A DNA stretch of 64,000 nucleotides from Dehalococcoidia bacterium (GTDB taxonomy: Bacteria > Chloroflexota > Dehalococcoidia > SM23-28-2 > RBG-16-64-32). Positions 42,246 through 52,927 of the stretch are shown piece by piece. The DNA is taken from assembly GCA_963665775.2 (NCBI GenBank), contig CAXXTF010000001.1:480001-544000 (forward strand), read 5' to 3'. Made by a program: the position numbers and the translations under genes. Position 1 is the first letter of the stretch. Each line of letters begins with the position of its first letter. The notes below the pieces were generated by a model, which did not search any database, was not told the origin of the DNA, and saw nothing but the letters and a program-made list of their open reading frames with translations.

Positions 42246-42614
42246 ATGAACAAGACTAGAACCGTCAGAGCTGCGCGAAGACGACGTCACCTGCGCGTCC
42301 GCAAGAAGCTGACGGGGACGCCCGAGAGGCCGCGACTCGTCGTATTCCGGAGCGCGAACCACATCTACGCCCAGATTGTCGACGACAGCATCGGTCACAC
42401 CCTGGTCGCCGCCTGCGACCTGGAGGCTGAGCTACGTGCCTCCCGGAACGGTAAGAAGAAGACGGAGATGGCCGACCTGGTGGGCCAGGCTATCGCCGGA
42501 CGGGCCAAGGCGAAAGGGATCGGCACTGTGGTGTTCGACAGGGGCGGATTCCAGTATCACGGCCGCGTCAAGGCGTTGGCGGAGGCGGCCCGCAAGGTCG
42601 GCCTCAGTTTCTAG
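42246..42614 (+). CDS. rplR: 50S ribosomal protein L18
   Basis: RPRLVVFRS and [12 protein letters not shown] motifs. Confidence 0.97.
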   Translation: MNKTRTVRAARRRRHLRVRKKLTGTPERPRLVVFRSANHIYAQIVDDSIGHTLVAACDLEAELRASRNGKKKTEMADLVGQAIAGRAKAKGIGTVVFDRGGFQYHGRVKALAEAARKVGLSF

Positions 42615-42628
42615 CGAGCGAGGGGATT

Positions 42629-43165
42629 ATGTCTAACCCGCGGAAATATATAGCCACGAAGGAACGCGTGGACCCCAGCCAACTGGAACTGAACGAGAAA
42701 GTGGTGTACATCAACCGCGTGGCCAAGGTGATGAAGGGTGGTCGCCGCTTCCACTTCACCGCCGTGGTGGTGGTAGGCGATATGGCCGGCCACGTGGGCG
42801 CCGCCATGGGCAAGGCGACCGAGGTGCCCGAGGCGATCCGCAAGGCCGGCGCCATCGCCCGCAAGCACATGATCGAGGCGCCCATGACGGGCTCTACCAT
42901 TCCTCACCCGCTGCTGCTCCGCTTCGGGGCGGCTAAGGTCATTTTGAAGCCGGCGCCCCCGGGTACCGGCCTCATCGCCGGCGGCGGTGTGCGCGCCGTG
43001 CTGGAGATGGCCGGGGTGAAGGACGCTGTGGCCAAATCCCTGGGCTCCAATAACCCGGCCAACGTGGTGAAGGCTACGATCCTCGGCCTCTCCAAGCTCC
43101 GTTCCCCGGAGGAGGCCCTGGCTCGTCGGCGGAACGTCTCACAGGAGGCGTCCCTTGGCTGGTAA
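42629..43165 (+). CDS. rpsE: 30S ribosomal protein S5
   Basis: [12 protein letters not shown] and GTGLIAGG motifs. Confidence 0.97.
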   Translation: MSNPRKYIATKERVDPSQLELNEKVVYINRVAKVMKGGRRFHFTAVVVVGDMAGHVGAAMGKATEVPEAIRKAGAIARKHMIEAPMTGSTIPHPLLLRFGAAKVILKPAPPGTGLIAGGGVRAVLEMAGVKDAVAKSLGSNNPANVVKATILGLSKLRSPEEALARRRNVSQEASLGW

Positions 43166-43346
43166 ACTACGTATTACCTGGAGGAAGAGCGATATTGGCT
43201 ACGCCGGCGACCAGAAGCGCACGATCCAGGCTCTGGGGCTGCGCCGGCTGGGACACACGGTAGAACATGAAGATATTCGCTCAATTCGTGGTATGGTCAC
43301 TAAGGTTCGTCACCTGGTGGAGGTAGTGGAGGTTCCCCAAACCTAA
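43155..43346 (+). CDS. rpmD: 50S ribosomal protein L30
   Basis: KSDIG...ALGLRR...[12 protein letters not shown]; TTG start. Confidence 0.93.
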   Translation: MAGKLRITWRKSDIGYAGDQKRTIQALGLRRLGHTVEHEDIRSIRGMVTKVRHLVEVVEVPQT

Positions 43347-43807
43347 TGTTAGCGCACGAACTCTCGCCTCCTCCAGGGTCAAGGCGTGCTCGGAAACGGG
43401 TAGGCCGCGGCAACGCCAGCGGCCATGGTACCTATTCCGGCCGTGGGCTGAAGGGTCAGAAGGCCCGTGCCGGGCGCACGCCCAAGCTGGGCTTCGAAGG
43501 GGGCCAGACTAAGCTCATCAAGAGGCTGCCGCGGCGGCGTGGCTTTACCAACCTGTTCCGCACGGAGTATTCGCCTGTTAACCTGAGCGACCTCCGCGTG
43601 TTCGAGGCCGGCACGGAGGTGACCCCAGAGCTCCTGAAGGAGCGGGGGATCCTGCGCAGCCTGCGCAAGCCGGTCAAGGTGCTGGCCGCGGGCGAGCTGA
43701 CCGGGCCCCTGACGGTGAAAGCCCATAAGTTCTCGCTCTCGGCCCGCGGGAAGATCGAGGCGATCGGCGGCTCGGTCGTGGAGCTAGGCGATGGCGACGG
43801 CGGCTAG
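43346..43807 (+). CDS. rplO: 50S ribosomal protein L15
   Basis: RVGRG, GQKAR and FEGGQ motifs. Confidence 0.97.
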   Translation: MLAHELSPPPGSRRARKRVGRGNASGHGTYSGRGLKGQKARAGRTPKLGFEGGQTKLIKRLPRRRGFTNLFRTEYSPVNLSDLRVFEAGTEVTPELLKERGILRSLRKPVKVLAAGELTGPLTVKAHKFSLSARGKIEAIGGSVVELGDGDGG

Positions 43808-45158
43808 AGAGCAACAGCGCCCCCAGCTGCTTCAGGCAGCCATCAACGCGATGTTCCAGCGGGACATCCGGGAGAAGCTGCTGTTCACCTTCGCCATGCT
43901 GGTGATCTTCCGCTTCACGGCTAATCTGCCGGTGCCGGGGGTCAATACGGAGCAGCTGTCGCAGATCTTCGAGCAAAGCACCGTGCTGGGGTTCATGAAC
44001 ATCTTCAGCGGCGGTGCCCTCCAGAACATGAGCGTGGCCGCCATGGGCGTCTACCCCTACATCACATCCTCCATCGTCATGCAGTTGATGGTGCCCATCG
44101 TCCCCGCCCTCCAGGCCCTCTCCCGTGAGGGAGAGCAGGGCCGCCGCCAGATCCAGATATACACCCACTGGATGACGGTGCCCATGGCCCTGGTGCAGGG
44201 GTACGGCCAGCTCATCCTGATCCAGAGCCAGGGTGGGATCAGCGGTATCGAGCTGACTGGTGCCAACTCCCTGAATACGATTTCGATCCTCATCACGATG
44301 ACCGCCGGCACCATGTTCCTGGTCTGGCTGGGGGAGCTCATCAGCGAGCGGGGCATCGGCAACGGCATCTCGTTGATCATCTTCGCCGGTATCATCGGCG
44401 GGCTCCCCCAATTGATCGGCGGCCGCTTGTACACGGGCACCGGCGAGGGGGTCACGGCCACCATCGCTCTGGCGGTGCTCATGATCGGGCTGGTGTCCTA
44501 CATCGTTTTCTTCCAGGAGGGGCAGCGGCGCATCCCCGTGCAGTACTCGCGCAGCGTCTTCAGATCCGGCCGAATGTATCGCCAGTCGGGCCAGACGCAC
44601 ATCCCTCTGAAGGTGAACACGACGGGGATGATCCCGCTCATCTTTGCCTTCTCTATCATCATCTTTCCGGCGTACGTAGGCCAGATTCTGGCCCGCCCCG
44701 GCTCCAGCGGCTTCATCGCCAGCGTTGGGGATTGGGTACAGAGCGCCTTCGATCCGGCTAACCCCTGGTACTGGCTCTTCCTCTTCATAACGGTCGTAGT
44801 GTTCACCTTCTTCTACACCATGGTCGTCTTTCAGCAACAGAACCTGGCGGAGAACCTGCAGCGGCAGGGCGGCTTCGTCCCCGGCATCCGTCCCGGGCGG
44901 CCAACCCAGGAGTACATCAACCGGGTGCTCCTGCGAATCACCTGGGGAGGCGCCTTCTTCCTGGGGTCGGTGGCCATCGCCCCTTTCATCTTCTCTCAGG
45001 TGATCGGCGGCACCGGCGGGCTGAGCGCGCGAGGAGGCACCGCTGCCTTCGGCATCACCAGCGCCGGCATGATCATCGTCGTCGGCGTGGTGCTGGATAC
45101 GATGCGCCAGATCGAATCGCAGCTCCTGATGCGCCAGTACGAAGGCTTCATTCGGTAG
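43791..45158 (+). CDS. secY: preprotein translocase subunit SecY
   Basis: [16 protein letters not shown] and PGIRPG motifs; multiple TM helices. Confidence 0.97.
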   Translation: MATAAREQQRPQLLQAAINAMFQRDIREKLLFTFAMLVIFRFTANLPVPGVNTEQLSQIFEQSTVLGFMNIFSGGALQNMSVAAMGVYPYITSSIVMQLMVPIVPALQALSREGEQGRRQIQIYTHWMTVPMALVQGYGQLILIQSQGGISGIELTGANSLNTISILITMTAGTMFLVWLGELISERGIGNGISLIIFAGIIGGLPQLIGGRLYTGTGEGVTATIALAVLMIGLVSYIVFFQEGQRRIPVQYSRSVFRSGRMYRQSGQTHIPLKVNTTGMIPLIFAFSIIIFPAYVGQILARPGSSGFIASVGDWVQSAFDPANPWYWLFLFITVVVFTFFYTMVVFQQQNLAENLQRQGGFVPGIRPGRPTQEYINRVLLRITWGGAFFLGSVAIAPFIFSQVIGGTGGLSARGGTAAFGITSAGMIIVVGVVLDTMRQIESQLLMRQYEGFIR

Positions 45159-45174
45159 GGATGGAGACAGCCAG

Positions 45175-45831
45175 TTGTACTTGATCCTGCTGGGCTTGCC
45201 TGGGGCGGGCAAGGGAACTCAGGCTGCCCGCCTGACCGGGCCGATGGGGCTAGCGCACATCACGACCGGTGACCTTTTCCGGGAGAATATCCGGCGGGAG
45301 ACAGAGCTGGGCAAGAAGGCGCAGCCCTACGTGGAGAGTGGCCTGTTAGTGCCCGACGAGCTCACCATCGGCATGCTCCTGGAGCGCATCTCGCAACCGG
45401 ACTGCGCCCGCGGCTGCATGCTGGACGGCTTCCCGCGGAATCTGGAGCAGGCCCAGGCCCTGGACGGAGCGCTGGGCCGGTGGGAGAAGGCAATCGACAA
45501 AACCGCCTACATAAAGGTTTCCACGGACGAGCTGGTGCGGCGTCTGGGAGGGCGCTGGAACTGCCGCGGCTGTACTGAGGTCTATCACGAGAGCAGCCGT
45601 CCGCCCAAGGTGGCGGGGCTCTGCGACAACTGTGGGGGACAGCTGTACCAGCGCGGGGACGACCGGCCCGAGGTGGTCCGTACACGCCTGGAAGTGAACC
45701 TAACGCAGCTGGAGCCGCTCCTCCAGTATTACCGCCAGCAAGGGAAGCTCGTAGAGATTGACGGGGAACAGGAGATGGACGCCGTCGGCGAGCAGCTAAA
45801 GGCTGCGCTCTGCCCTGTGGAGGCGCGATAG
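45175..45831 (+). CDS. adk: adenylate kinase (Zn lid)
   Basis: GLPGAGKGTQ and LDGFPR motifs; CRGC...CDNC lid. Confidence 0.96.
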   Translation: MYLILLGLPGAGKGTQAARLTGPMGLAHITTGDLFRENIRRETELGKKAQPYVESGLLVPDELTIGMLLERISQPDCARGCMLDGFPRNLEQAQALDGALGRWEKAIDKTAYIKVSTDELVRRLGGRWNCRGCTEVYHESSRPPKVAGLCDNCGGQLYQRGDDRPEVVRTRLEVNLTQLEPLLQYYRQQGKLVEIDGEQEMDAVGEQLKAALCPVEAR

Positions 45832-45837
45832 TCGCCT

Positions 45838-46587
45838 ATGCCCATCATCTTGAAATCTAGGGATGAGATAGCCATCATGAGAGAAGCCGGCCGTATCCTG
45901 GCTGAGACGTTGCAGATCCTGGTGGACCGGGTGCGCCCTGGCCTCGTGGTGAAGGAGTTGGATGCGATCGTGCGGGAGGAGTTCCGGAAGCGGGCCGTAG
46001 AGCCCACGTTCCTTGGCTACCAGGGCTATCCGGCCACCGTGTGCGTCTCCGTGAACGACGAGATCGTTCACGGCATCCCTGGCGATCGGGAGATCGGTAG
46101 TGGCGACCTGGTGAGCATAGATTTGGGCTGCACCTACAAGGGATTCGTCGCCGACTCGGCGCTGACGGTGGCTGTCGATGAGGTCTCCGCGGAGGCCCAG
46201 GGCCTTCTGGATACCACCCGAGAGGCGCTCTTCCGGGGGATCGCCGCCGCCCGCAGCGGGGCCCGTCTGGGCGAGATAGGGGCGGCTGTCCAGAGCTTTG
46301 CGGAGGGGCGGAACTACTCTGTGGTCCGGGAGTATGTGGGTCACGGCGTGGGCCGGCAGATGCACGAGGAGCCGCAGGTGCCGAACTACGGCAGCGCGGA
46401 CTCGGGCCCAGTGCTCCGGCCGGGGATGGTGCTGGCCATCGAGCCCATGGTGAACATGGGCGATTGGCGCACGAAGCGGGACTCCGACAACTGGACGGTG
46501 CGGACGCTGGACGGCAGCCTCTCCGCCCACTTCGAGCACACGATCGCCATCACTGACGGCGAGGCAGAGGTGCTCACAATACCGTAG
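45838..46587 (+). CDS. map: methionine aminopeptidase type I
   Basis: [20 protein letters not shown] and SAHFEHT motifs. Confidence 0.96.
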   Translation: MPIILKSRDEIAIMREAGRILAETLQILVDRVRPGLVVKELDAIVREEFRKRAVEPTFLGYQGYPATVCVSVNDEIVHGIPGDREIGSGDLVSIDLGCTYKGFVADSALTVAVDEVSAEAQGLLDTTREALFRGIAAARSGARLGEIGAAVQSFAEGRNYSVVREYVGHGVGRQMHEEPQVPNYGSADSGPVLRPGMVLAIEPMVNMGDWRTKRDSDNWTVRTLDGSLSAHFEHTIAITDGEAEVLTIP

Positions 46588-46643
46588 AATATCTTATTAG
46601 GGCGGAGCCAGCCGCTCAGGAGGTGATCGGCCGCAGGCAGCTT

Positions 46644-46862
46644 ATGGCTAAAAAGGAAGCGATAGAAGTAGAAGGGGTTGTGAAGGAGAATTTGCCCAAC
46701 GCCATGTTTCGTGTAGAATTAGCAAATGGGCATCGAGTTCTAGCTCATGCTTCCGGCAAGATTCGCATACACTTTATCCGTATCCTTCCCGGGGACCGAG
46801 TCCTGGTAGAGCTATCGCCGTATGACCTGGCCCGGGGTAGGATCACTTATCGTTTTAGGTAG
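46644..46862 (+). CDS. infA: translation initiation factor IF-1
   Basis: [11 protein letters not shown] and IRILPGD motifs. Confidence 0.97.
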   Translation: MAKKEAIEVEGVVKENLPNAMFRVELANGHRVLAHASGKIRIHFIRILPGDRVLVELSPYDLARGRITYRFR

Positions 46863-46870
46863 ACACAGTC

Positions 46871-46984
46871 ATGAAGGTACAGGCATCGGTAAAGCGGCGC
46901 TGCGAGAAGTGCAAGGTCGTGCGTCGCAAAGGCGTCGTTCGTATCATCTGCTCGAATCCCCGCCACAAGCAGAGGCAAGGGTAG
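46871..46984 (+). CDS. rpmJ: 50S ribosomal protein L36 (below the ORF track cutoff)
   Basis: Translated by hand: [37 protein letters not shown]. Confidence 0.96.
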   Translation: MKVQASVKRRCEKCKVVRRKGVVRIICSNPRHKQRQG

Positions 46985-46993
46985 GAGGGTCCT

Positions 46994-47377
46994 ATGGCTC
47001 GTATCTCCGGCGTTGACATCCCTCGCGACAAGCGGCTTGAGGTGTCGCTCTACTACATATACGGCATTGGCCGGCCCAGCGCCCTCAAGATATGCGAGGG
47101 TGTGAACGTAGCGAAGGAGACGAAGGTGCGGGAGTTGACCGACGATGAAGTGTCCCGCATCCGTGAGTTTATCGATCGGAACTACTCAGTGGAGGGCGAG
47201 CTGCGCCGGCAGGTTCGCCAAGAGATCCAGCGACTCATCGAGATCAATAGCTATCGCGGCATCCGCCACCGGCGCGGATTGCCGGCGCGGGGTCAGCGTA
47301 CTCACACCAACGCCCGTACCAATCGGGGCCCGCGACGCGCCGTGGCCGGCCGGCGGCGGGCCGTATTGAAGAAGTAA
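46994..47377 (+). CDS. rpsM: 30S ribosomal protein S13
   Basis: [10 protein letters not shown] and [11 protein letters not shown] motifs. Confidence 0.97.
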   Translation: MARISGVDIPRDKRLEVSLYYIYGIGRPSALKICEGVNVAKETKVRELTDDEVSRIREFIDRNYSVEGELRRQVRQEIQRLIEINSYRGIRHRRGLPARGQRTHTNARTNRGPRRAVAGRRRAVLKK

Positions 47378-47389
47378 GGAAGAGTCTCT

Positions 47390-47779
47390 ATGGCAGAACG
47401 CAAACCCCGCACTCGTAGGCGCGAGAAGAAGAACGTCCCCGTGGGGCACGCCTATGTCCAGTCCACCTTCAACAATACTGTCATCACCCTGACCGATCCT
47501 CAGGGCGCTGTGCTGTCCTGGGCCTCCGCTGGCACGGCGGGCTTCAAAGGCTCCCGGAAAAGCACTCCTTACGCGGCTGGGCTGGCTGCCGAGTCGGCGG
47601 CCCGCAAGGCTATGGACCACGGTCTGCGTCAGGTGGACGTTCGGGTAAAAGGGCCTGGCAGCGGTCGGGAGGCTGCTATCCGCTCTCTACAGGCCGCTGG
47701 GTTGCAGGTTACAAGCATCCGGGATGTCACACCTATCCCCCACAACGGCTGCCGCCCGCCGAAGCGGCGCCGAGTATAG
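47390..47779 (+). CDS. rpsK: 30S ribosomal protein S11
   Basis: STFNNT and [18 protein letters not shown] motifs. Confidence 0.98.
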   Translation: MAERKPRTRRREKKNVPVGHAYVQSTFNNTVITLTDPQGAVLSWASAGTAGFKGSRKSTPYAAGLAAESAARKAMDHGLRQVDVRVKGPGSGREAAIRSLQAAGLQVTSIRDVTPIPHNGCRPPKRRRV

Positions 47780-47790
47780 AGGAGACGCAG

Positions 47791-48417
47791 ATGGCTCGGA
47801 ATACTGGTCCGGTCTGCCGCCTCTGTCGCCGCCTGGGCGATAAGCTGTTCTTGAAGGGGGATAAGTGCTTTACGCCCAAATGCTCCTTTGAGCGCCGGCC
47901 CTTCGCTCCAGGCCAGCGCCCTCTGCGCCGTCGCCGGGTCTCTGACCGAGGCCTGCAACTGCGTGAGAAGCAGAAGGCTCGCGCGGTCTACGGGGTGCTG
48001 GAACGTCAGTTCCGGCGCTACTATGAGGAGGCGGTGAGGCGCCACGGTGTCACCGCTGAAACGCTACTGCACACCCTGGAGCTGCGGTTGGACAGCGTCG
48101 TGTACCGTCTGGGCTTCGCTGATTCGCGGAGTCAGGCGCGGCAGGTGGCCCTGCACGGTCACATCGCCGTCAACGGTCGCAAGGCCGCCATCCCTTCTCA
48201 CGTCCTCAAGATCGGCGATGTGGTCACCTGGACGCAGCGTGGCAGCAACTCGGAGTACTTCAAGTTGGTGAAAGAGCAGGTGGGTGGCAAGACCGTTCCC
48301 GCCTGGCTCAGTTTGGACGTCGGAGAGATGAGCGGACGCGTACTGGCTTTGCCGGAGATGGATGAGATAGGCGCCCAGTTCAACCCGGCCACCATCGTAG
48401 AATACTACTCACGGTAG
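47791..48417 (+). CDS. rpsD: 30S ribosomal protein S4
   Basis: QLREKQK, LELRLD and IVEYYSR motifs. Confidence 0.97.
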   Translation: MARNTGPVCRLCRRLGDKLFLKGDKCFTPKCSFERRPFAPGQRPLRRRRVSDRGLQLREKQKARAVYGVLERQFRRYYEEAVRRHGVTAETLLHTLELRLDSVVYRLGFADSRSQARQVALHGHIAVNGRKAAIPSHVLKIGDVVTWTQRGSNSEYFKLVKEQVGGKTVPAWLSLDVGEMSGRVLALPEMDEIGAQFNPATIVEYYSR

Positions 48418-48418
48418 G

Positions 48419-49750
48419 ATGCAGATGTTAGAACCTACGGTATACCAAGGGGTTGGGTCCTACCCGGCCGAGCAGCTTGAGCCACTGGCCGATCCGCAGA
48501 TCGAGATCGAGGAGTCGGCCGAAGACTACGTGCGCATAGTGGCGGCACCTTTGCCCCCGGGTTTCGGCATTACCATGGGGAACTCTCTCCGGCGGGCGCT
48601 TCTCAGCTCGCTTCCGGGCGCGGCCGTCACCTCAGTGCGGATCGACGATGTGCAGCATGAGTTCTCCACTATCCCCCATGTCAAAGAGGACAGCATAGAG
48701 TTCATTCTCAACGTGAAGGAGCTGCGTCTCCGTGCCCTGTCTGACCGGCCCGGAACCCTCATTCTGGACGTAAGCGGCCGCGAGGGCCCGATCACCGCCG
48801 CGGACATCCGGGTCCCGGAGAACTATGAGGTCGTGAATCCAGATCTCTACCTGGCTTCCCTGGACTCGACCGACAGCCGTCTGCACGTGGAGTTCAACGT
48901 TGAGATAGGGCAGGGCTATGCGCCCGCTGGCGATACGGATGGCCTGCCGATCGGCGTTATTCCGGTCGACGCCATCTTCTCGCCGGTGCGCAAGGTGACC
49001 TACAAGGTGCAGCACACCCGCGTCGGTCAGGCCACCAACTATGACAAGCTCACCATGGAGGTCTGGACTGACGGGACTATCTCTGGTGTGGGAAGCGTTA
49101 GCAAGAGCGCTGATATCCTGATGACACAGTTCGAACTCTTCTCGGCCATGGGACGGCCGGTACTGCCGGTGATGGAGCGCGGCCTCGGCGCTAGTATTGC
49201 TTTGCCGCCGGAGAAGTACAACATGTCCATCGAGGACCTAGATCTCTCCATGCGGGCCTACAACTGCCTTCGCCGCAGCGGCTTGATGACCATAGGGCAG
49301 GTGCTGGAGAAAAGCGAGGAGGAGTTGCTGACGCTGCGCAACTTTGGCCGCAAGTCTTACGACGAGCTCAGGGCCAGGCTGGACGAGCTAGAGCTTCTCC
49401 CCGCCGACCAGGGTGAACCGGAGCTGATGGAGGCCACGCCCCTGGACGAGGAGGAGACTCCCATCGCGGCTCGCCGCCCCGTGGAGACGGAAGCGGCACC
49501 CGTTATCGAGGAGGCACCAGCGGCGGCGCCCGTGGTGGAGCCGGAGCCTCCGGCCGAGCCCGAAGCGGCGGCCCAGCCCGCGGCGGCAGCCCCCGCCAAG
49601 AAGTCCGCCCGGAAGACGAAGGCGGCGAAGGCGGCGGAGGCTGCCCCCCCAGCCGGCGGCGAGGAGGGGGATGAGGAGATCCCGGACTGGAAGCGAAAGC
49701 TCCGGGAACTCACCGGCGAAGAGGCTGCCGCTGACGGGGAAGGAAGCTAG
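48419..49750 (+). CDS. rpoA: RNA polymerase alpha subunit with long C-terminal extension
   Basis: GNSLRR.LLSS and DAIFSPV motifs; alpha-[12 protein letters not shown]...NFGRKS. Confidence 0.96.
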   Translation: MQMLEPTVYQGVGSYPAEQLEPLADPQIEIEESAEDYVRIVAAPLPPGFGITMGNSLRRALLSSLPGAAVTSVRIDDVQHEFSTIPHVKEDSIEFILNVKELRLRALSDRPGTLILDVSGREGPITAADIRVPENYEVVNPDLYLASLDSTDSRLHVEFNVEIGQGYAPAGDTDGLPIGVIPVDAIFSPVRKVTYKVQHTRVGQATNYDKLTMEVWTDGTISGVGSVSKSADILMTQFELFSAMGRPVLPVMERGLGASIALPPEKYNMSIEDLDLSMRAYNCLRRSGLMTIGQVLEKSEEELLTLRNFGRKSYDELRARLDELELLPADQGEPELMEATPLDEEETPIAARRPVETEAAPVIEEAPAAAPVVEPEPPAEPEAAAQPAAAAPAKKSARKTKAAKAAEAAPPAGGEEGDEEIPDWKRKLRELTGEEAAADGEGS

Positions 49751-49752
49751 TC

Positions 49753-50115
49753 TTGGCACATCGCATTAGCGGTCGCAAGCTGGGCCGCCCTACGGACCAC
49801 CGTCTGGCCATGTTCCGGAATCTGGTTACGGACCTATTGCGGCACGAAAGGATCATCACAACCGAGGCCAAGGCCAAGGAGATACGCGGTCTGGCGGAGA
49901 AGGTTATCACCCTGGGAAAGAGAGGCAGCCTTCATTCGCGGCGGCAGGCCCTGGGCTACGTCTACGATAAGAGGGTCGTGCAGAAGCTATTTGACGATCT
50001 GGCCATCCGCTATGCTGATCGCCCGGGCGGCTACAGCCGTATAGTAAAGCTGGGCCCCCGCCAGGGCGATGGAGCGCGCATGGCCCAGGTAGAGCTAATT
50101 CAGGAGGGGGCCTAG
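49753..50115 (+). CDS. rplQ: 50S ribosomal protein L17
   Basis: [13 protein letters not shown] and RPGGY motifs. Confidence 0.97.
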   Translation: MAHRISGRKLGRPTDHRLAMFRNLVTDLLRHERIITTEAKAKEIRGLAEKVITLGKRGSLHSRRQALGYVYDKRVVQKLFDDLAIRYADRPGGYSRIVKLGPRQGDGARMAQVELIQEGA

Positions 50116-50152
50116 GTCCCAGAGCCGGCTGGCTTTCGGGCCCGGACCGGGA

Positions 50153-50947
50153 ATGCAGCGGGACGAGCCCGTTCGTCGGCTGGCCCTCCTCGTCGAGTAC
50201 GAGGGGACAGCCTACGGAGGCTCCCAGTACCAGAAGAACGCGCCGACGATACAGGACTCGCTGGAGCGGGCCCTGAGCAGTTTAACAGACGAACCTATAA
50301 GGATAGCCCTGGCCGGCCGTACCGACGCCGGTGTGCACGCCAGGGGGCAGGTAGCCTCCTTCGTGACCGCCAGCAGGCACTCGCCGGATACCTTTGCGCG
50401 GGGGCTCAACGCCCTCCTGCCGGAAGATGTCTCCGTCCGGGCGGCGGTGGAGACGGCGCTGACGTTCGATCCCCGTCGACAGGCGTCGAGCCGTTGGTAC
50501 CGCTACACCATCCGGACGGCGAGCCAGCGATCGGCTCTGCGCCGGCGTCTGGTCTGGCACCTGGGCCAGCCTCTGAACCTGGAGGCCATGATCAGGGCGG
50601 CAGGCTTCCTCTCAGGCCGGCACGACTTCGCGGCCTTCACCAGGCCCTCAGAGGCCAGGCGAAGGCGCACGGAGCGGGTGGTCATCTCCGCCCGCCTCGG
50701 ATGTGCGAAGGGGTTGACCGGCTTCGACATCGAGGCCAACGCATTCTTGCCGCAGATGGTGAGGCGTCTGGTGGGCGCTCTGGCAGAGGTAGGGCTGGGC
50801 AAACGCACAGCCTCCCAGTTCGAGGCGCTTCTGCGGGAAGCGCGGCCCGGTGCGGCCAGCGTTGCGGCACCGGCGCGGGGGCTATGCCTGATGAAGGTTC
50901 GTTACGAGAACGGGATGTTCGACGATGAAACAGACGAAGACATATAG
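50153..50947 (+). CDS. truA: tRNA pseudouridine(38-40) synthase
   Basis: AGRTDAGVHA, HDF, FL..MVR and APARGL motifs. Confidence 0.95.
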   Translation: MQRDEPVRRLALLVEYEGTAYGGSQYQKNAPTIQDSLERALSSLTDEPIRIALAGRTDAGVHARGQVASFVTASRHSPDTFARGLNALLPEDVSVRAAVETALTFDPRRQASSRWYRYTIRTASQRSALRRRLVWHLGQPLNLEAMIRAAGFLSGRHDFAAFTRPSEARRRRTERVVISARLGCAKGLTGFDIEANAFLPQMVRRLVGALAEVGLGKRTASQFEALLREARPGAASVAAPARGLCLMKVRYENGMFDDETDEDI

Positions 50948-51422
50948 CCTGAAGGCGAAAGAGATCGATAAGGGCTGGCACGTAATCGATGCCACGGGCC
51001 AGACCTTGGGCCGTCTGGCCAGCCGGGTGGCCGGTCTCCTCATGGGCAAGCACAAGCCCACGTATTCGCCGCACCTGGACATGGGCGATTTCGTGGTGGT
51101 GGTGAACGCGGAGAAGGTCAGGGTCACCGGCAAGAAGCTGACCGACAAGATATACTACCGCCACACCGGCTATATGGGAGGGATCAAGGAGACCGTTCTC
51201 AAGGACCTTCTGGCCCGTCGCCCGGGCCGCGTCTTTGAGCTTGCCGTGCGGGGGATGCTCCCCCGCAACCGGCTGAGCCGAGCGCTGTTGCGACACATGA
51301 AGGTCTACGCTGGGCCGGACCACCCGCACGAGGCCCAGGTCAACGCCTCCCGCAAGCGACAGGACCGGCGGGCCGGAGAGACGGCCGTCAAGGCCGCGCC
51401 TGAAACGGAGCAGTCGTCATGA
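50925..51422 (+). CDS. rplM: 50S ribosomal protein L13
   Basis: LGRLAS, GKHKP, GMLP and HPHEAQ motifs. Confidence 0.97.
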   Translation: MKQTKTYSLKAKEIDKGWHVIDATGQTLGRLASRVAGLLMGKHKPTYSPHLDMGDFVVVVNAEKVRVTGKKLTDKIYYRHTGYMGGIKETVLKDLLARRPGRVFELAVRGMLPRNRLSRALLRHMKVYAGPDHPHEAQVNASRKRQDRRAGETAVKAAPETEQSS

Positions 51423-51847
51423 CTCAAGAGCAAACCAAAGATGCCCCGGTCCCTCAGACCGGGCAGTACTACTACGGCACCGGTAGGCGGAAGACGGCGG
51501 TGGCCCGGGTACGGCTGTACTCCGGCCAGGGTGCGATAATGGTCAACGGTAAGCCCTTCCTGGATCTGTTCACCCGTCCCCTGCACCGGAGCCGGATACA
51601 GGCGCCTCTACAGGAGGCTGGCCTAGCCGGTACCTTTAACGTACAGGCGAAGGTGGTGGGCGGCGGCATCAGCGCCTGGGCCGATGCCCTGACCCACGGC
51701 ATCGCCCGTGCCCTGGTAGCCTTTGACGAGCGGCACAGGCCTGCCCTGCGCCGGGCCGGCTTTCTGACCCGCGACCCGCGCGTGAAAGAGCGCAAGAAGT
51801 ACGGCCTGAAGCGGGCCCGCAAGGCGCCCCAGTACACCAAGCGCTAG
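51419..51847 (+). CDS. rpsI: 30S ribosomal protein S9
   Basis: GTGRRK and ERKKYGLKRARKAPQYTKR motifs. Confidence 0.98.
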   Translation: MTQEQTKDAPVPQTGQYYYGTGRRKTAVARVRLYSGQGAIMVNGKPFLDLFTRPLHRSRIQAPLQEAGLAGTFNVQAKVVGGGISAWADALTHGIARALVAFDERHRPALRRAGFLTRDPRVKERKKYGLKRARKAPQYTKR

Positions 51848-51859
51848 CGGGCCTGTCGG

Positions 51860-52927
51860 CTAGCCCTGCTGGGCCAGCCAGGCCTTAAGGTTATCGATGG
51901 CCGTCGTGACGGACGGATCGACGCCGTTAAGCAGCGCCAGGTAGTAGCTCACGTAGTCCCCTAGCAGGACGGTCGATAGGATCTGAGCCAGGGCGCTCTG
52001 GCCCCCTCCCTCCACGACCAGCGTCTCTACGCCCGCCTTCTCCAGCATCCGCTGCGTGAACTCATACCGCAGCCTCACTCGAGGGTGTATGAGGTTGGAC
52101 TGCAGGAAGACAGCGGCGGTGCTGCTGGCGGTCGCCTGGGGCAGCTCGTAGCCGAGGATGGCGTTATGGTTCGCCTCCGGCAGCTCCTCGTAGAAGCTCC
52201 ACACCTTGCTGTTCTCGTTAAGCTGGGACTTCCAGCGGTGGGCCGCCGCTGTCAGAGGCCCGGCGCCGTAGATGACGGGCAGCTTGCCGTGCAGCCGCTG
52301 GGCGATCTGCTTGGCCTGGTTGCCGGCCGCTGGCACCTCCTCGCCGATCCGCTCCTGGCGCTCCTCCATCACGGCCAGGGCCTCCTCCACATCGCGCTCC
52401 AGGCCCGGCATCAGGCCGAGACTGTGGACGACGGTCAGCAGGGGCATGAAGCTCCAGCCCAGGGCCGCCCGCGGCTGTCCCCGGAACTCGTAAGTGAAGA
52501 CGGGCACGCCGTTGGCGCGGGCCGTGGCCAGGAGTTGGCCGCCGCCGGTCACCACGAGCTTCTTGGCCGGCTTCGTCAGGGCCTGGTCGAAGGCGGAGAG
52601 GGTCTCTTCCGTGTTTCCGCTGAAGCTGGAGGCGATGACCAGACTGCGTTCGTCCACGTATGGGGGGAGCTCATACTGGCGGGCGTTGAGCACCGGCATC
52701 GTGCCCTCCCGTTGCAGGAGGGCCCGCAGCATCTCCCCGCCGATGGCTGAGCTCCCCATTCCCAGCACCACGACGCGGTCGATCTGCGAGTAGTCTGGCG
52801 GCAGTGTCAGGGATCGGGCCGCTTCCCAGGCCTGTCGGCACTGCTGCGGCAGCCCCTTGATCGCCTCCCGCATCCCCTGCGGGTCCAGCTTCCTCTGCGC
52901 TTGGAAGTCGTCCAGGATCTCCGCCGT
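51860..52927 (-). CDS. bifunctional phosphoglucose/phosphomannose isomerase (SIS family); start uncertain, apparent ACG
   Basis: GMGSSAIGG, SFSGNTEETL, QPRAA, RWKSQLNENSK and PEANHN motifs. Confidence 0.88.
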   Translation of the reverse strand, partial: TAEILDDFQAQRKLDPQGMREAIKGLPQQCRQAWEAARSLTLPPDYSQIDRVVVLGMGSSAIGGEMLRALLQREGTMPVLNARQYELPPYVDERSLVIASSFSGNTEETLSAFDQALTKPAKKLVVTGGGQLLATARANGVPVFTYEFRGQPRAALGWSFMPLLTVVHSLGLMPGLERDVEEALAVMEERQERIGEEVPAAGNQAKQIAQRLHGKLPVIYGAGPLTAAAHRWKSQLNENSKVWSFYEELPEANHNAILGYELPQATASSTAAVFLQSNLIHPRVRLRYEFTQRMLEKAGVETLVVEGGGQSALAQILSTVLLGDYVSYYLALLNGVDPSVTTAIDNLKAWLAQQG

